Shown here one piece after another: positions 47,011-56,321 of a stretch of DNA of 64,000 bases. Within the stretch, counting starts at the first letter, position 1. Every line of letters starts with the position of its first letter. The translations under genes and the position numbers were made by a program. The notes beneath the pieces are model-generated. The model saw only the letters and a list, made by a program, of their open reading frames with translations, was not told the DNA's origin and did not search any database. Where the stretch lies: assembly GCA_965199855.1 (NCBI GenBank), contig OZ241326.1, positions 2,016,001-2,080,000 on the forward strand, written 5' to 3'. Source of the stretch: a bacterium. GTDB lineage: Bacteria > UBA8248.

Positions 47011-48660
47011 ATGTCCTGGAGCGCGCCCACGGCATATCGGCCTCCCCTCAAAATTCAGGCGCTGGCCGCGCACCAGGAAAAAGAGGGCTATCTTTCCAAA
47101 GAAGCCATTTCCGCCATCTCTAAGAGGATGGGCGTCCCCGCCTATGAGACGTTCGGCGTAGCCAGCTTCTTCCCCCGCTTTCACCTGGAAAAACCCGCGA
47201 AGCCGCAAGTCCAAATCTGCCGGGACATCAGCTGCCAGCTCGCGGGCGGCGAGGCACTCCTGAGAAACGCCGGGAAAATCGCCCGCAGCGCCGGAATCAA
47301 AACGATCCGCCCCCGGGGCTGCTCCTGCCTCGGCCGATGCGACAAGGGGCCTGTTGCGGAAATCGAGGGCCGCATCCATTCGTCCCTCACCGAGGGAAAG
47401 CTTCGGGAAATCATCGAGTCCTGGAGAGAGGGGAAGCCGAAGCCCGCATCGAGAGCGCAGAAAATCAAAAACACGACCCGCCTGAATCCATACCGGAAAA
47501 ACGGGGCGTTCGGCGTCCTGCGAGCCTTGAGGAAGAGCGAAAAGCCCGAAAGCGTAATCGAAACCCTCAAGGAAAGCGGCCTGCGAGGCATGGGCGGAGC
47601 CGGCTTTCCGGTGGGACGCAAATGGGAATTCGTCCTCAATGCGCCGGGAGAGGAGAAATTCGTCATCTGCAACGCCGATGAGAGCGAGCCGGGCACGTTC
47701 AAGGATCGCGCCGTCATGGACTCGCATCCCGAACTCCTCATTGAGGGGGCGCTCATCGCCTGCCGCGCCATCGGGGCCGGGCGCGCCATCATATACATTC
47801 GCCATGAATACGGCAGGCAGGCGAAGGTGCTGGAGCGCGCCATAGCGCGCGCGCGAAAGGCCCGCCTGCTCGGAACGAAAGAAACGCCCCGCCTCGAGAT
47901 ATTCATCAGCCCGGGCGGATACATCTGCGGAGAAGAAACGGCGCTCCTCGAAGTCCTGGAGGACAGGCGCGCCCAGCCCCGGGACAAGCCCCCATTCCCC
48001 GGCTCCGAGGGACTCTTCGGCAAACCCACCCTCATTAACAACGCCGAAACTTTCGCGCTCATTCCGGCAATACTCAGGAACGGAAGCCGCTGGTTCTCAT
48101 CTTTCGGGCGAAACAACGGGAGCGGCTTTAAGCTGCTGGGCGTCAGCGGCGCGGTGAGAAGGCCGGGCGTCTATGAAGTGGAGTTCGGAACGCCCGTTCG
48201 GGAGATAATCGAGGACGTCGCGGGCGGTCTGCCCGCGGGCGCTCGCCTCAAGGCATTCTCGCCGGGCGGCGCCAGCAGCGGATTTCTGCCCGCTCGCCTC
48301 GGGGACATTCCATACGACTTCGCCCCCCTTGAGGAGGCCGGAAGCATGTTGGGCAGCGGGGCGCTCATCGTCATTCCCGAGGGTGCGGACATGGCGGCGC
48401 TCGCCCACAACGCGGCGCGCTTCTTCCGGGACGAATCCTGCGGCAAATGCGTCCCGTGCCGCATCGGCGCCGACAAGATCGCCGCCTTTCTCGAACGCGC
48501 CCTGCGGGGAGACGCCCGCGCCTCGGAGCTTCCCGCGGTTGGCGAGATATGCGACGCCATGAAAGAGACGTCCATCTGCGGCCTCGGGCAGGCCGCGCCG
48601 ATTCCCTATCTTTCTCTTTTCCGATACTTCCGATCCGACATCGAAGCGAAGCTGAAGTAG
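47011..48660 (+). CDS. NuoE-NuoF fusion: NAD(H)-binding diaphorase subunit of formate dehydrogenase
   Basis: CRDISC...CLGRC 2Fe-2S, GLRGMGGAGFP, CNADESEPG, YICGEETAL, CGKCVPC...C; CAGGAG RBS. Confidence 0.9.
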   Translation: MSWSAPTAYRPPLKIQALAAHQEKEGYLSKEAISAISKRMGVPAYETFGVASFFPRFHLEKPAKPQVQICRDISCQLAGGEALLRNAGKIARSAGIKTIRPRGCSCLGRCDKGPVAEIEGRIHSSLTEGKLREIIESWREGKPKPASRAQKIKNTTRLNPYRKNGAFGVLRALRKSEKPESVIETLKESGLRGMGGAGFPVGRKWEFVLNAPGEEKFVICNADESEPGTFKDRAVMDSHPELLIEGALIACRAIGAGRAIIYIRHEYGRQAKVLERAIARARKARLLGTKETPRLEIFISPGGYICGEETALLEVLEDRRAQPRDKPPFPGSEGLFGKPTLINNAETFALIPAILRNGSRWFSSFGRNNGSGFKLLGVSGAVRRPGVYEVEFGTPVREIIEDVAGGLPAGARLKAFSPGGASSGFLPARLGDIPYDFAPLEEAGSMLGSGALIVIPEGADMAALAHNAARFFRDESCGKCVPCRIGADKIAAFLERALRGDARASELPAVGEICDAMKETSICGLGQAAPIPYLSLFRYFRSDIEAKLK

Positions 48661-48672
48661 GGCGGGAACGAC

Positions 48673-51414
48673 ATGCCGGAGTCTGAAACGATCCCGATTA
48701 CGATAGACGGCGAGAAAACCGCCTCGGCCGCCGGCGCGAGCATCTGGGAAGCCGCCCGTTCAGAAGGCGTCGAGATTCCCAGGCTCTGCCACCAGCCCGG
48801 CATGGAGCCCGTCGGGGTGTGCCGCGTGTGCGTCGTCGAGGTTGAGGGCGCGCGAAGCCTCGTCCCTTCCTGCCAGCGCAGGGTAGAAGCCGGCATGGTG
48901 ATTCAAACGCGCACAGAGCGCGTCGCGCGCGCCCAGAGAACCCTGCTGGACATGCTGATGGCGGAGCGCGGCGTAGAATCGGAGCCTGAGAACTGCGAAC
49001 TCACCGCCCTCGCCAAGCGGATGAAAGCCCGAAACGGCGCAATCGCCCCGCCCTCCCCGGACGCGCCGCGAAATCAGGATTCCTCCTCTTCGGTGATTCA
49101 GGTGAACCACGCCGCCTGCATTCTCTGCGACCGATGCATTCGCGCCTGCGCGGACATTCAGGGCAACAACGTCATCGGCCGGGGCGGCAAGGGCACAGGC
49201 GCCAGAATCGTATTCGACGCGGATGCGCCCATGGGAGAATCCTCCTGCGTCTCGTGCGGAGAGTGCGTGGCCGCCTGTCCCACGGAGGCGCTCACCAACA
49301 AGTTCATCACGACGGAAAGCGGCGGCGCGGAATCCAGGCAGGTCCGCTCCGTCTGCCCATACTGCGGCGTCGGCTGCGGCATCGCCTATCAAGTGGCCGA
49401 AAACACCCTCCTCAGCGTCGAGGGCGACGAAAGCAGCCCCGTGAACCGGGGCAGGCTGTGCGTAAAGGGACGCTACGGATTCGACTACGCGCACCATCCG
49501 GATCGACTGACAACCCCGCTCATCAGAAGGGAGGACGCGCCGAAAGCGAAAGAACTGCCGCAAAATCCGATTTCCCTGTTTCGGGAGGCGAGTTGGGATG
49601 AAGCCCTCGACCTGGCGGCGAATTCCTTCGGAAAAATTCGTCTGGCCGGCGGCCCCTCGAGTCTGGCCGGCTTCGGCTCGGCGAAATGCTCGAACGAGGA
49701 CAACTATCTTTTCCAAAAATTCATCCGCGCCGTATTCGGCACCAACAACGTAGATCACTGCACCCGGCTTTGCCACGCGAGCTCGGTGGCCGCCCTGTCG
49801 GAAACCATCGGCTCGGGCGCCTCGACCAATCCCTTCGCCGACGCCCTGAAGTCGGATTTCATCCTCGTGGCGGGCTCAAATCCCACGGAGAACCACCCGG
49901 TGGCCGCCACCTTCATCAAGCAGGCCGCCGGGGCGGGCGCGACCCTCGCCGTCGTGGATCCGCGGAGAATTGATCTGGTGGATCACGCGGACATATTCGC
50001 GCAGTTCCGCCCCGGCACGGACGCGGCCCTTTTCAACGGGCTTTTGCAGGTAGTGATGGAAGAAAAACTGTTCGACCCCGACTTCGTGGAGACGCGCACG
50101 GAAGGCTTCGAGGCGCTCGCGGAAAACGTGAAGCCCTATACTCCGCGAAACGTCTCGAAGCTCACCGGTGTTCCGGCGAAAACGATTCGGAAGCTGGCCA
50201 GACTGTACGCCCAGTCGGAGCGCAGCATGGCTTTCTGGGGCATGGGCCTCTCCCAGCACGCCCACGGCACGGACAACTGCCGGGCGCTGATAGCCCTGTG
50301 CCTCGTTTGCGGCCAAATCGGACGGGAGGGGACGGGCCTTCACCCCTTGCGGGGCCAGAACAACGTGCAGGGCGCCTCCGACGCGGGTCTCATCCCCATG
50401 TCCTATACCGGCTATCAGGCGGTTTCGTCGCCCCGACACCGCGAGAAGTTCGAGAAGGCCTGGGGCCGGGAGCTGAGCGGAGAGCCGGGTCTTACCGTCG
50501 TGGAGATTATCGACGCCGCCTGGCGGGGCGATATCAAGGGCATGTACATCATGGGCGAGAACCCGGCCATGAGCGATCCGAACCTGAACCACGCGAGGGC
50601 CGGCCTCGCCAATCTCGAATTTCTCGCCGTTCAGGACATATTCCTGACGGAAACCGCCTGTTTCGCCGACGTCGTCCTCCCTTCCACGGCGTTTCCCGAA
50701 AAAACAGGCACCTTCACGAACACCGACCGCCGCGTGCAGCTCGGCAGGCGCGCCGTCAGTCCCCCCGGAGAAGCGCGGGAGGACTGGCGCGTCGTGGCCG
50801 AGCTCTCCGAACGCATGGGCTATGCGATGCGCTACGAATCGGAGGCGCGGATTTTCGACGAAATCGCATCCCTCACACCCCCCCTGGCGGGAATCTCCCA
50901 TGATCGCCTGGGCGAGGGCGGCGTCGTCTGGCCCTGCCCCGAACCCGACCATCCGGGCACGGAAATCCTTTTCAGCGAGTCGTTTCCCTCCGGCAGGGGA
51001 AAACTCGTGCCCGTTCAATACGCTCCCGCCAAAGAGCTGCCGGACGATGACTACCCCTTCGTGCTGAACACGGGGAGAAACCTCTACCACTGGCACACGG
51101 GCGCAATCACCAGAAGGGCGCGCGCCCTGAACGCCGCCGAACCCGACCCTTACGTCGAGATGTCTCCCGAAGACCTGAAGCGCCTGCGCATCAGAAACAA
51201 TTCGCGCATCCGCGTGGAATCGAGACGCGGGGAGATTGTCCTCGCCGCCCGCGCCTCCGCGCGCGTCCAGCCCGGACAGGTGTTCATTCCTTTCCACTAC
51301 GTGGAGGCGGCCGTGAACCTGCTGACCATCGATGAACTCGACCCGGACGCGAAAATACCGGAGTTCAAATTCTGCGCCGTCCGAATCAAAAAGGCGGGCA
51401 GGCGGCGGCGATGA
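48673..51414 (+). CDS. fdhF: Formate dehydrogenase alpha subunit (Mo/W-bisPGD, Cys-ligated)
   Basis: N-terminal 2Fe-2S, two 4Fe-4S motifs, CPYCGVGC, DHCTRLCHASS, PLRGQNNVQG, IPEFKFCAV. Confidence 0.92.
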   Translation: MPESETIPITIDGEKTASAAGASIWEAARSEGVEIPRLCHQPGMEPVGVCRVCVVEVEGARSLVPSCQRRVEAGMVIQTRTERVARAQRTLLDMLMAERGVESEPENCELTALAKRMKARNGAIAPPSPDAPRNQDSSSSVIQVNHAACILCDRCIRACADIQGNNVIGRGGKGTGARIVFDADAPMGESSCVSCGECVAACPTEALTNKFITTESGGAESRQVRSVCPYCGVGCGIAYQVAENTLLSVEGDESSPVNRGRLCVKGRYGFDYAHHPDRLTTPLIRREDAPKAKELPQNPISLFREASWDEALDLAANSFGKIRLAGGPSSLAGFGSAKCSNEDNYLFQKFIRAVFGTNNVDHCTRLCHASSVAALSETIGSGASTNPFADALKSDFILVAGSNPTENHPVAATFIKQAAGAGATLAVVDPRRIDLVDHADIFAQFRPGTDAALFNGLLQVVMEEKLFDPDFVETRTEGFEALAENVKPYTPRNVSKLTGVPAKTIRKLARLYAQSERSMAFWGMGLSQHAHGTDNCRALIALCLVCGQIGREGTGLHPLRGQNNVQGASDAGLIPMSYTGYQAVSSPRHREKFEKAWGRELSGEPGLTVVEIIDAAWRGDIKGMYIMGENPAMSDPNLNHARAGLANLEFLAVQDIFLTETACFADVVLPSTAFPEKTGTFTNTDRRVQLGRRAVSPPGEAREDWRVVAELSERMGYAMRYESEARIFDEIASLTPPLAGISHDRLGEGGVVWPCPEPDHPGTEILFSESFPSGRGKLVPVQYAPAKELPDDDYPFVLNTGRNLYHWHTGAITRRARALNAAEPDPYVEMSPEDLKRLRIRNNSRIRVESRRGEIVLAARASARVQPGQVFIPFHYVEAAVNLLTIDELDPDAKIPEFKFCAVRIKKAGRRRR

Positions 51415-51432
51415 GCGTCCCCGCCGCCCCGT

Positions 51433-52338
51433 TCACCGGAATCGCGTAATCAGGAATCCCCCCAGAACCACCAGCCCGGCCGCCCCGCACAGGCGCGCGT
51501 TGACGCGCTCCATGTCGCCCAGGAATACGAAGCTCAGCGCCACCACCCATATCGGAGCGGTGCGGCTCAGGGGAAGGACGACGGTAACGTCGGAGAACGT
51601 GAGGGCATACCAGAGAAGCGACGTGGCGGAGGAGGAGAAGACGGCCCCTACGAGGAGCCAGGAAACGCCGCGTCCGTCCGCGCGGATTCTGCCGCCCTCG
51701 CCCAGAAACGGCTTCGCTACAAGGAGAAAGAAAAAAGCCGCCAGGTAGGCGAAGCCCACCGCCGCGAAGGGCGTCCTCTGCTCGGAGAAGCCTATTTTCG
51801 CCGCCACCGGCATGGCGGCATACATGAACGAGGCGAATAAGGGGAAAACCAGCGCGCGCCGGAACTCGCGCCCCATGCCGCCCTGGGCGACGCCCCTGCC
51901 CTCTCCCATCGAGATCAGCGCGACGCCCGCGACAATCGACACCGTCCCCAGCAGAACAGCCGGACCCGGCCGCTCCCCGAGGAACAGGGCAGCGAAGAAG
52001 ACAGCCCATATCGGGGCCGACGCCTGAACCGGACTCGTCCTGCTCACGCCGATGCGCTGAATCGAGGTGTAGGAGGCCAGATGCCCCATCCCCTGCCCGA
52101 GGCAGCCCGCCAGCATGAACCATAGCGCCGGCCGGAGCGTCGAGGTCTGCAGCGTCCCCAGGCAGAAGGCCAGCCCAAGCAGCAGAACGCTCGCCACGGC
52201 GTTCGTGACCAGCACCCCGCACAGGGGAGACGCGCTCCTCAGCCCCCGCCGGAACGAGATGAGCGCCGCGGAGTAGATGAACGAGGAGGTCAGGGCGACG
52301 AACTCGCCCGACCCGAAGAATGACGACGGCGCGCTCAT
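51433..52338 (-). CDS. EamA/DMT family transporter
   Basis: About 10 TM, duplicated EamA halves, FLGERP. Confidence 0.85.
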   Translation of the reverse strand: MSAPSSFFGSGEFVALTSSFIYSAALISFRRGLRSASPLCGVLVTNAVASVLLLGLAFCLGTLQTSTLRPALWFMLAGCLGQGMGHLASYTSIQRIGVSRTSPVQASAPIWAVFFAALFLGERPGPAVLLGTVSIVAGVALISMGEGRGVAQGGMGREFRRALVFPLFASFMYAAMPVAAKIGFSEQRTPFAAVGFAYLAAFFFLLVAKPFLGEGGRIRADGRGVSWLLVGAVFSSSATSLLWYALTFSDVTVVLPLSRTAPIWVVALSFVFLGDMERVNARLCGAAGLVVLGGFLITRFR

Positions 52339-52389
52339 GCGCGCGACTATACACGCCCGCGGGCCGCCGGGCGAGAAAGGGCGGGCGCT

Positions 52390-53289
52390 TCACTTGAAAG
52401 CGGTAATCAGCGCCCCGCCCGCCACGACCATCAGCGCCGCCAGGATGAGGCGGGAGGTGATGCGCTCCAGGCTGCCCAGGAAGAGGTAGGTCCACAAGAC
52501 GACCCACAAGGGCACGAGCCTGCTCAGGGGCAGGACCGTGGAGACGGGAGCGACGCTCATCGCCGTCCAGAACATGGCCGCGGCCGCCGTCGTCGTGAGC
52601 GCGGCGAACAGAAACCACCGAACCGCCCTGGCGTCCGCCTTCAACTCTCCCCCGCCCGGCAACAAGGGGCGCGTCGCCAGCAAAAGCAGGGTTCCGCCGG
52701 AGAAGGCGCAGGCGAACCCCACAATCGGGGTGCGCTGGTAGGAGAATGCGTAGTTCGCCAGCACGGGCAGGATGCCGTAGGAAAGGGCGGACGCGAGCGG
52801 ATAGACGAGCGCGCCCCGGAAAAAGCTTCGGAAGCTCTGCTCATCGCGCCGCTCCGACGCGGACAGAAGGCATACGCCGGCCACGATGAGGAGCGTCCCG
52901 ACGCCCACCGCGGCGCCCGGCCGCTCCCCCAGAAAAATCATGGCGAAGGTGACGGAGAATATGGGGGTGGATGACTGTATCGGAACGGAGCGGCTCACCC
53001 CCATCTTCTCGATGCCGATGGCGTTCGTAATCTGCCCGATGCCCTGTCCCATGCAGCCGCCGATCAGATAGAGCAGCACGGGAACGAGGGTGGACTTCTG
53101 GAGGGTGCCGAGCGATGCGGCGATGACGAACCCCGCCGCGGCGACCGTCGCGTTCAGAATCAGGACGCCGGCTATCGGGGTCGCGCTGCGCACCCCCTGG
53201 CGAATCCCGATGAGTGATACCGAATACGACAGGGAAGCGCCAATCGCCAGCATTTCTCCCAGGCCGGTTTGCGCGAATAAGCCCGACAT
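52390..53289 (-). CDS. EamA/DMT family transporter (tandem paralog)
   Basis: About 10 TM, FLGERP; clearly homologous to the adjacent gene. Confidence 0.85.
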   Translation of the reverse strand: MSGLFAQTGLGEMLAIGASLSYSVSLIGIRQGVRSATPIAGVLILNATVAAAGFVIAASLGTLQKSTLVPVLLYLIGGCMGQGIGQITNAIGIEKMGVSRSVPIQSSTPIFSVTFAMIFLGERPGAAVGVGTLLIVAGVCLLSASERRDEQSFRSFFRGALVYPLASALSYGILPVLANYAFSYQRTPIVGFACAFSGGTLLLLATRPLLPGGGELKADARAVRWFLFAALTTTAAAAMFWTAMSVAPVSTVLPLSRLVPLWVVLWTYLFLGSLERITSRLILAALMVVAGGALITAFK

Positions 53290-53553
53290 AGATAATCCAT
53301 CGCTCCGGCAGGGAGGATTGCGGCTTTCATCGCCCGGGCGGGGCATGATCCCGGCGGAATGGACGGGCGTCGCCGACGCGGGAGAGCAGAAGCTTTCGGG
53401 CGTCGCCCGCGCGAGCCTGCACCGGACTATACACCGCGAATCCCTCCGGGGCGAGGAGGCGGACGTAAGCCGTCTGGGCGCGCCGTCATCGCAAGGGTAG
53501 AATGCGCGGGTTCAGCCGCCATGATTCTTCATTCTGCGAAACGGGAGGCGGAA

Positions 53554-53865
53554 ATGACGGACGGGAGAGTGTTCCTCATCGCGTGGCTCAAGCCCAGGCC
53601 CGGAAAAGAGAGCGAACTGGCCGCGCTTCTTCAGGGAATGTGCGCGCCCTCGCGCGCGGAGGAGGGCTGCGCATTCTACAGTCTCTTCAAGGCCGCGGAG
53701 GAGGGAGGCGCCTTTCACTTCATCGAATGCTGGAAGACGCAGGCGGCGCTGGACGCGCACCGAGAGGAGCCGCACTATAGGGATTTTCGCGCCAAACTGC
53801 CCGATCTGCTCGCGGAGCCCGTGGGCGTGAAGGTTCTGGAAGCCGTTGATTCGACGCTTGGATGA
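53554..53865 (+). CDS. Putative quinol monooxygenase (ABM domain)
   Basis: PSRAEEGCAFY, FHFIECW, ALDAHREEPHY; GGAGG RBS. Confidence 0.88.
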   Translation: MTDGRVFLIAWLKPRPGKESELAALLQGMCAPSRAEEGCAFYSLFKAAEEGGAFHFIECWKTQAALDAHREEPHYRDFRAKLPDLLAEPVGVKVLEAVDSTLG

Positions 53866-53890
53866 TTCCCGCACGGCGGGACGGATTCGC

Positions 53891-54685
53891 CTACCAGAGC
53901 GACTTCAGCCTGCCGCCGTCCAAGTTCAGGGAAACTCCGGTGATGTAGCTCGCCCGCGCGGAGCAGAGAAAGGCGATGGCGTCGGCCAGCTCCTCCGGCC
54001 TGCCGAAGCGGCCCAGCGCGTTCCTGCGCGCCGCCCGGCGCCGCGCCTCCTCCTCGGAGTCGGCGCCCAGCTCGGCGGCCAGCCCCCGGGCGTTCATTCT
54101 CCAGAGCTCGGTGTCCACCCAGCCGGGGCACACCGCGTTCACGTGAATCCCCCATTCCCCGAATTCCGCGGAAAGCGACTTCGTCATGTTCAGGAGCGCG
54201 CTGTTCGTCATCCCGCTCCCGAACATATAGGGGTCAGGCTCTTTTCCCGCCCCGCCGATGACGTTCACGACGCGCCCCCACCCCTTGGCGCGCATCCCCG
54301 GCGCCACGAGGCGTATGAGACGCAGAAAGCCGAACAGCTTGGTATCCAGCTGGGCCTGCAGGGCGGCGTCATCGAGCGCGTCGAACCTGCCGGAGCTCAT
54401 GGTGCCGGCGTTGTTCACCAGAATGTCAATCGCTCCCAGCCTCTCCCGCGCCTTCTCCACCAGCGGCGCGAGTTCCGGCCCGTTCGAGACGTCCGCCGCG
54501 GCGAAGCCGACCTCGCCTCCCGTCTCCCCGGCGAGCTCCGCGCAGGTTCGCGCAAGAGCGTCCCGGCTCCTCGCGCAGATGAAGACCCGCGCGCCCTCCT
54601 CCAGCAAGCGCTTCGCCGTCTCCCGCCCGATGCCCCGGCTGCCGCCCGTCACCAGCGCCGCTTTTCCCCGTATCCCAAGGTCCAC
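53891..54685 (-). CDS. SDR family oxidoreductase
   Basis: MDLGIRGKAALVTGGSRGIG, NNAG, NAVCPG; atypical catalytic motif (SGMTN). Confidence 0.88.
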   Translation of the reverse strand: MDLGIRGKAALVTGGSRGIGRETAKRLLEEGARVFICARSRDALARTCAELAGETGGEVGFAAADVSNGPELAPLVEKARERLGAIDILVNNAGTMSSGRFDALDDAALQAQLDTKLFGFLRLIRLVAPGMRAKGWGRVVNVIGGAGKEPDPYMFGSGMTNSALLNMTKSLSAEFGEWGIHVNAVCPGWVDTELWRMNARGLAAELGADSEEEARRRAARRNALGRFGRPEELADAIAFLCSARASYITGVSLNLDGGRLKSLW

Positions 54686-54750
54686 GCCGATTTTCCCGTC
54701 AAAAGGGCGTCATGCGCCGCGAAGCGCCCGCCGCGCGGCCATTTCTGGGC

Positions 54751-55350
54751 TCAGCCCGCCGTCCCCGAAGCCTGCGCGGCCTCGCCCCATTCCCGCCACC
54801 GCACGATGTCGTCGGGCGCCTCCACCGGATTGTGGAAGCCGTCCTGCAGGCGGTTCCAGGCGTTGAACAGACAGGTGAACAGCGTCAGTTCGACAATCTC
54901 CCTTTCGCTGAAAAACTCCTTCAGCGGAGCGAAGGAGGCGTCATCCGAGGGCGCTGTGTTCCTCGTCAGGGCGGACGCCCACCGAATCACCGCCTTCTCC
55001 CTCTCGTCGAACAAGTCGCTGCTTTCCCATCCCTCGACTATCAGGGCGACGTGCTCGTCCGTCAGACCCGCAGCTTGACCAAGCTTGACGTTGTGGTTCG
55101 TTCATATTTCGCAGTCGTTGATGAGCGAGGGCGTGAGAATCGCCAGCTGCATCAGGCGCATTCTGGCGGGTTCGCCCCGCCACTGGCTCCTGAGCGCGAC
55201 GGTGAGGGCGATGATGTGCCGCAGCGCCTCGGGTGAATGCGCGAGCGCCCGGTAGAAGCTGGGCACCGTCCCCCAGGTTTTTCTCGATTTCTCAAACAGC
55301 GGCTCGTGCGCGCCTTCGACGTCATCGGCTACCGGCGTGATTCTGGGCAT
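54751..55350 (-). CDS. AhpD/carboxymuconolactone-decarboxylase-like protein, probable selenoprotein (CxxU, Sec83, TGA 55104-55102), 199 aa
   Basis: AAGGAG RBS; MPRI...LAHSPE...SLINDCEI-U-TNHNVKLGQAAGLTDE...FDEREKAVIRWA...FSEREIVELT...NAWNR continuous in one frame. Confidence 0.88.
55060..55090 (-). promoter_or_regulatory. Candidate bacterial SECIS hairpin of the AhpD-like gene
   Basis: mRNA CGUCA-AGCUU-[GGUC]-AAGCU-GCGGGUC-UGACG; the G-starting loop begins 21 nt after the UGA. Confidence 0.65.
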
Positions 55351-55528
55351 TTCTGGCTCCTTGTCCTCGGGGATTCGCGGGCGCCGCGCGGACGCTTTGT
55401 CCCTTTTTAGCAGACTTCGGCGCCCGCCGCCATCGAAAGCCCCGGCTTCGCCTTTGCCACGCGGTTCGCCCCCTGCTATAAGTCGGGACGCCGCGAGAAC
55501 GGCCGCCGAATCGCCGAAGGAAGCGTCA

Positions 55529-56239
55529 ATGGACCACGAAAGAATCCTCATCATCGCCGCCCACCCGGACGACATCGAATTCCGCGCCGCGGGCGCCGTC
55601 GCCAGATGGACGCGCGAGGGCCGGCGCGTGGAATACTGCCTGGCCACGAGCGGGGACAAGGGCGTGAACGGCCACAGGGCGCGCTCCATGACGATTGAGG
55701 AGAAGCGCGCCGTTCGGGAGGCCGAACAGAAGAAAGCGGCCTCCGCCGTGGGCGTGGAGGCCGTCCATTTTCTCCGCCACGCGGACGGGGAGCTCGAGAA
55801 CGCCCCCGCGCTCAGGCGCGATCTGGTGCGGGTGATGCGAAAATCGAGGCCCGGGCTCGTCATCGCCGACGACCCCGCCAAGGACGCCTTCGACAGCTTC
55901 TACGGCTACCACGGCGACCACCGCGCCATCGCCAGGGCGGCCTTCGACGCACTGTATCCCGCCGTCGGAAACGAAAACTACTTCCCCGAGCTGCTCGCCG
56001 AGGGACTGGAGCCCCACAGGCCCCAAGAGGCGTATTTCTCGACGATTCCGGACGCCGACGTGTGGGTCGATATCGCCGATACCTTCGACCTCAAGATAGA
56101 GGCGCTGCGATGCCACGAGAGCCAGCTCGGGGACTACGACGACATGGTTTCCCACCTGCGCGAATGGGCCAAGCGCTCGGGCGAGAGGGGCGGCCTCGCG
56201 TGCGCCGAGTGCTTCAGGCGCATGGAGGTGCCGCAGTAG
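55529..56239 (+). CDS. PIG-L/LmbE family deacetylase
   Basis: AHPDDIE, ATSGDKG, HGDH, HESQ. Confidence 0.9.
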   Translation: MDHERILIIAAHPDDIEFRAAGAVARWTREGRRVEYCLATSGDKGVNGHRARSMTIEEKRAVREAEQKKAASAVGVEAVHFLRHADGELENAPALRRDLVRVMRKSRPGLVIADDPAKDAFDSFYGYHGDHRAIARAAFDALYPAVGNENYFPELLAEGLEPHRPQEAYFSTIPDADVWVDIADTFDLKIEALRCHESQLGDYDDMVSHLREWAKRSGERGGLACAECFRRMEVPQ

Positions 56240-56321
56240 CCCGCCGCCCCTCTTTTCACGAGGCGCGCGAGCGGCTACACTGGGGCCTCGCGCGCGTCAC
56301 CCGAAAGCCTTAGGAGCGCAC

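Noticed and set aside
49756-49790. Selenocysteine in formate dehydrogenase
   Set aside because: The ligand codon is TGC (Cys) and the ORF is uninterrupted.
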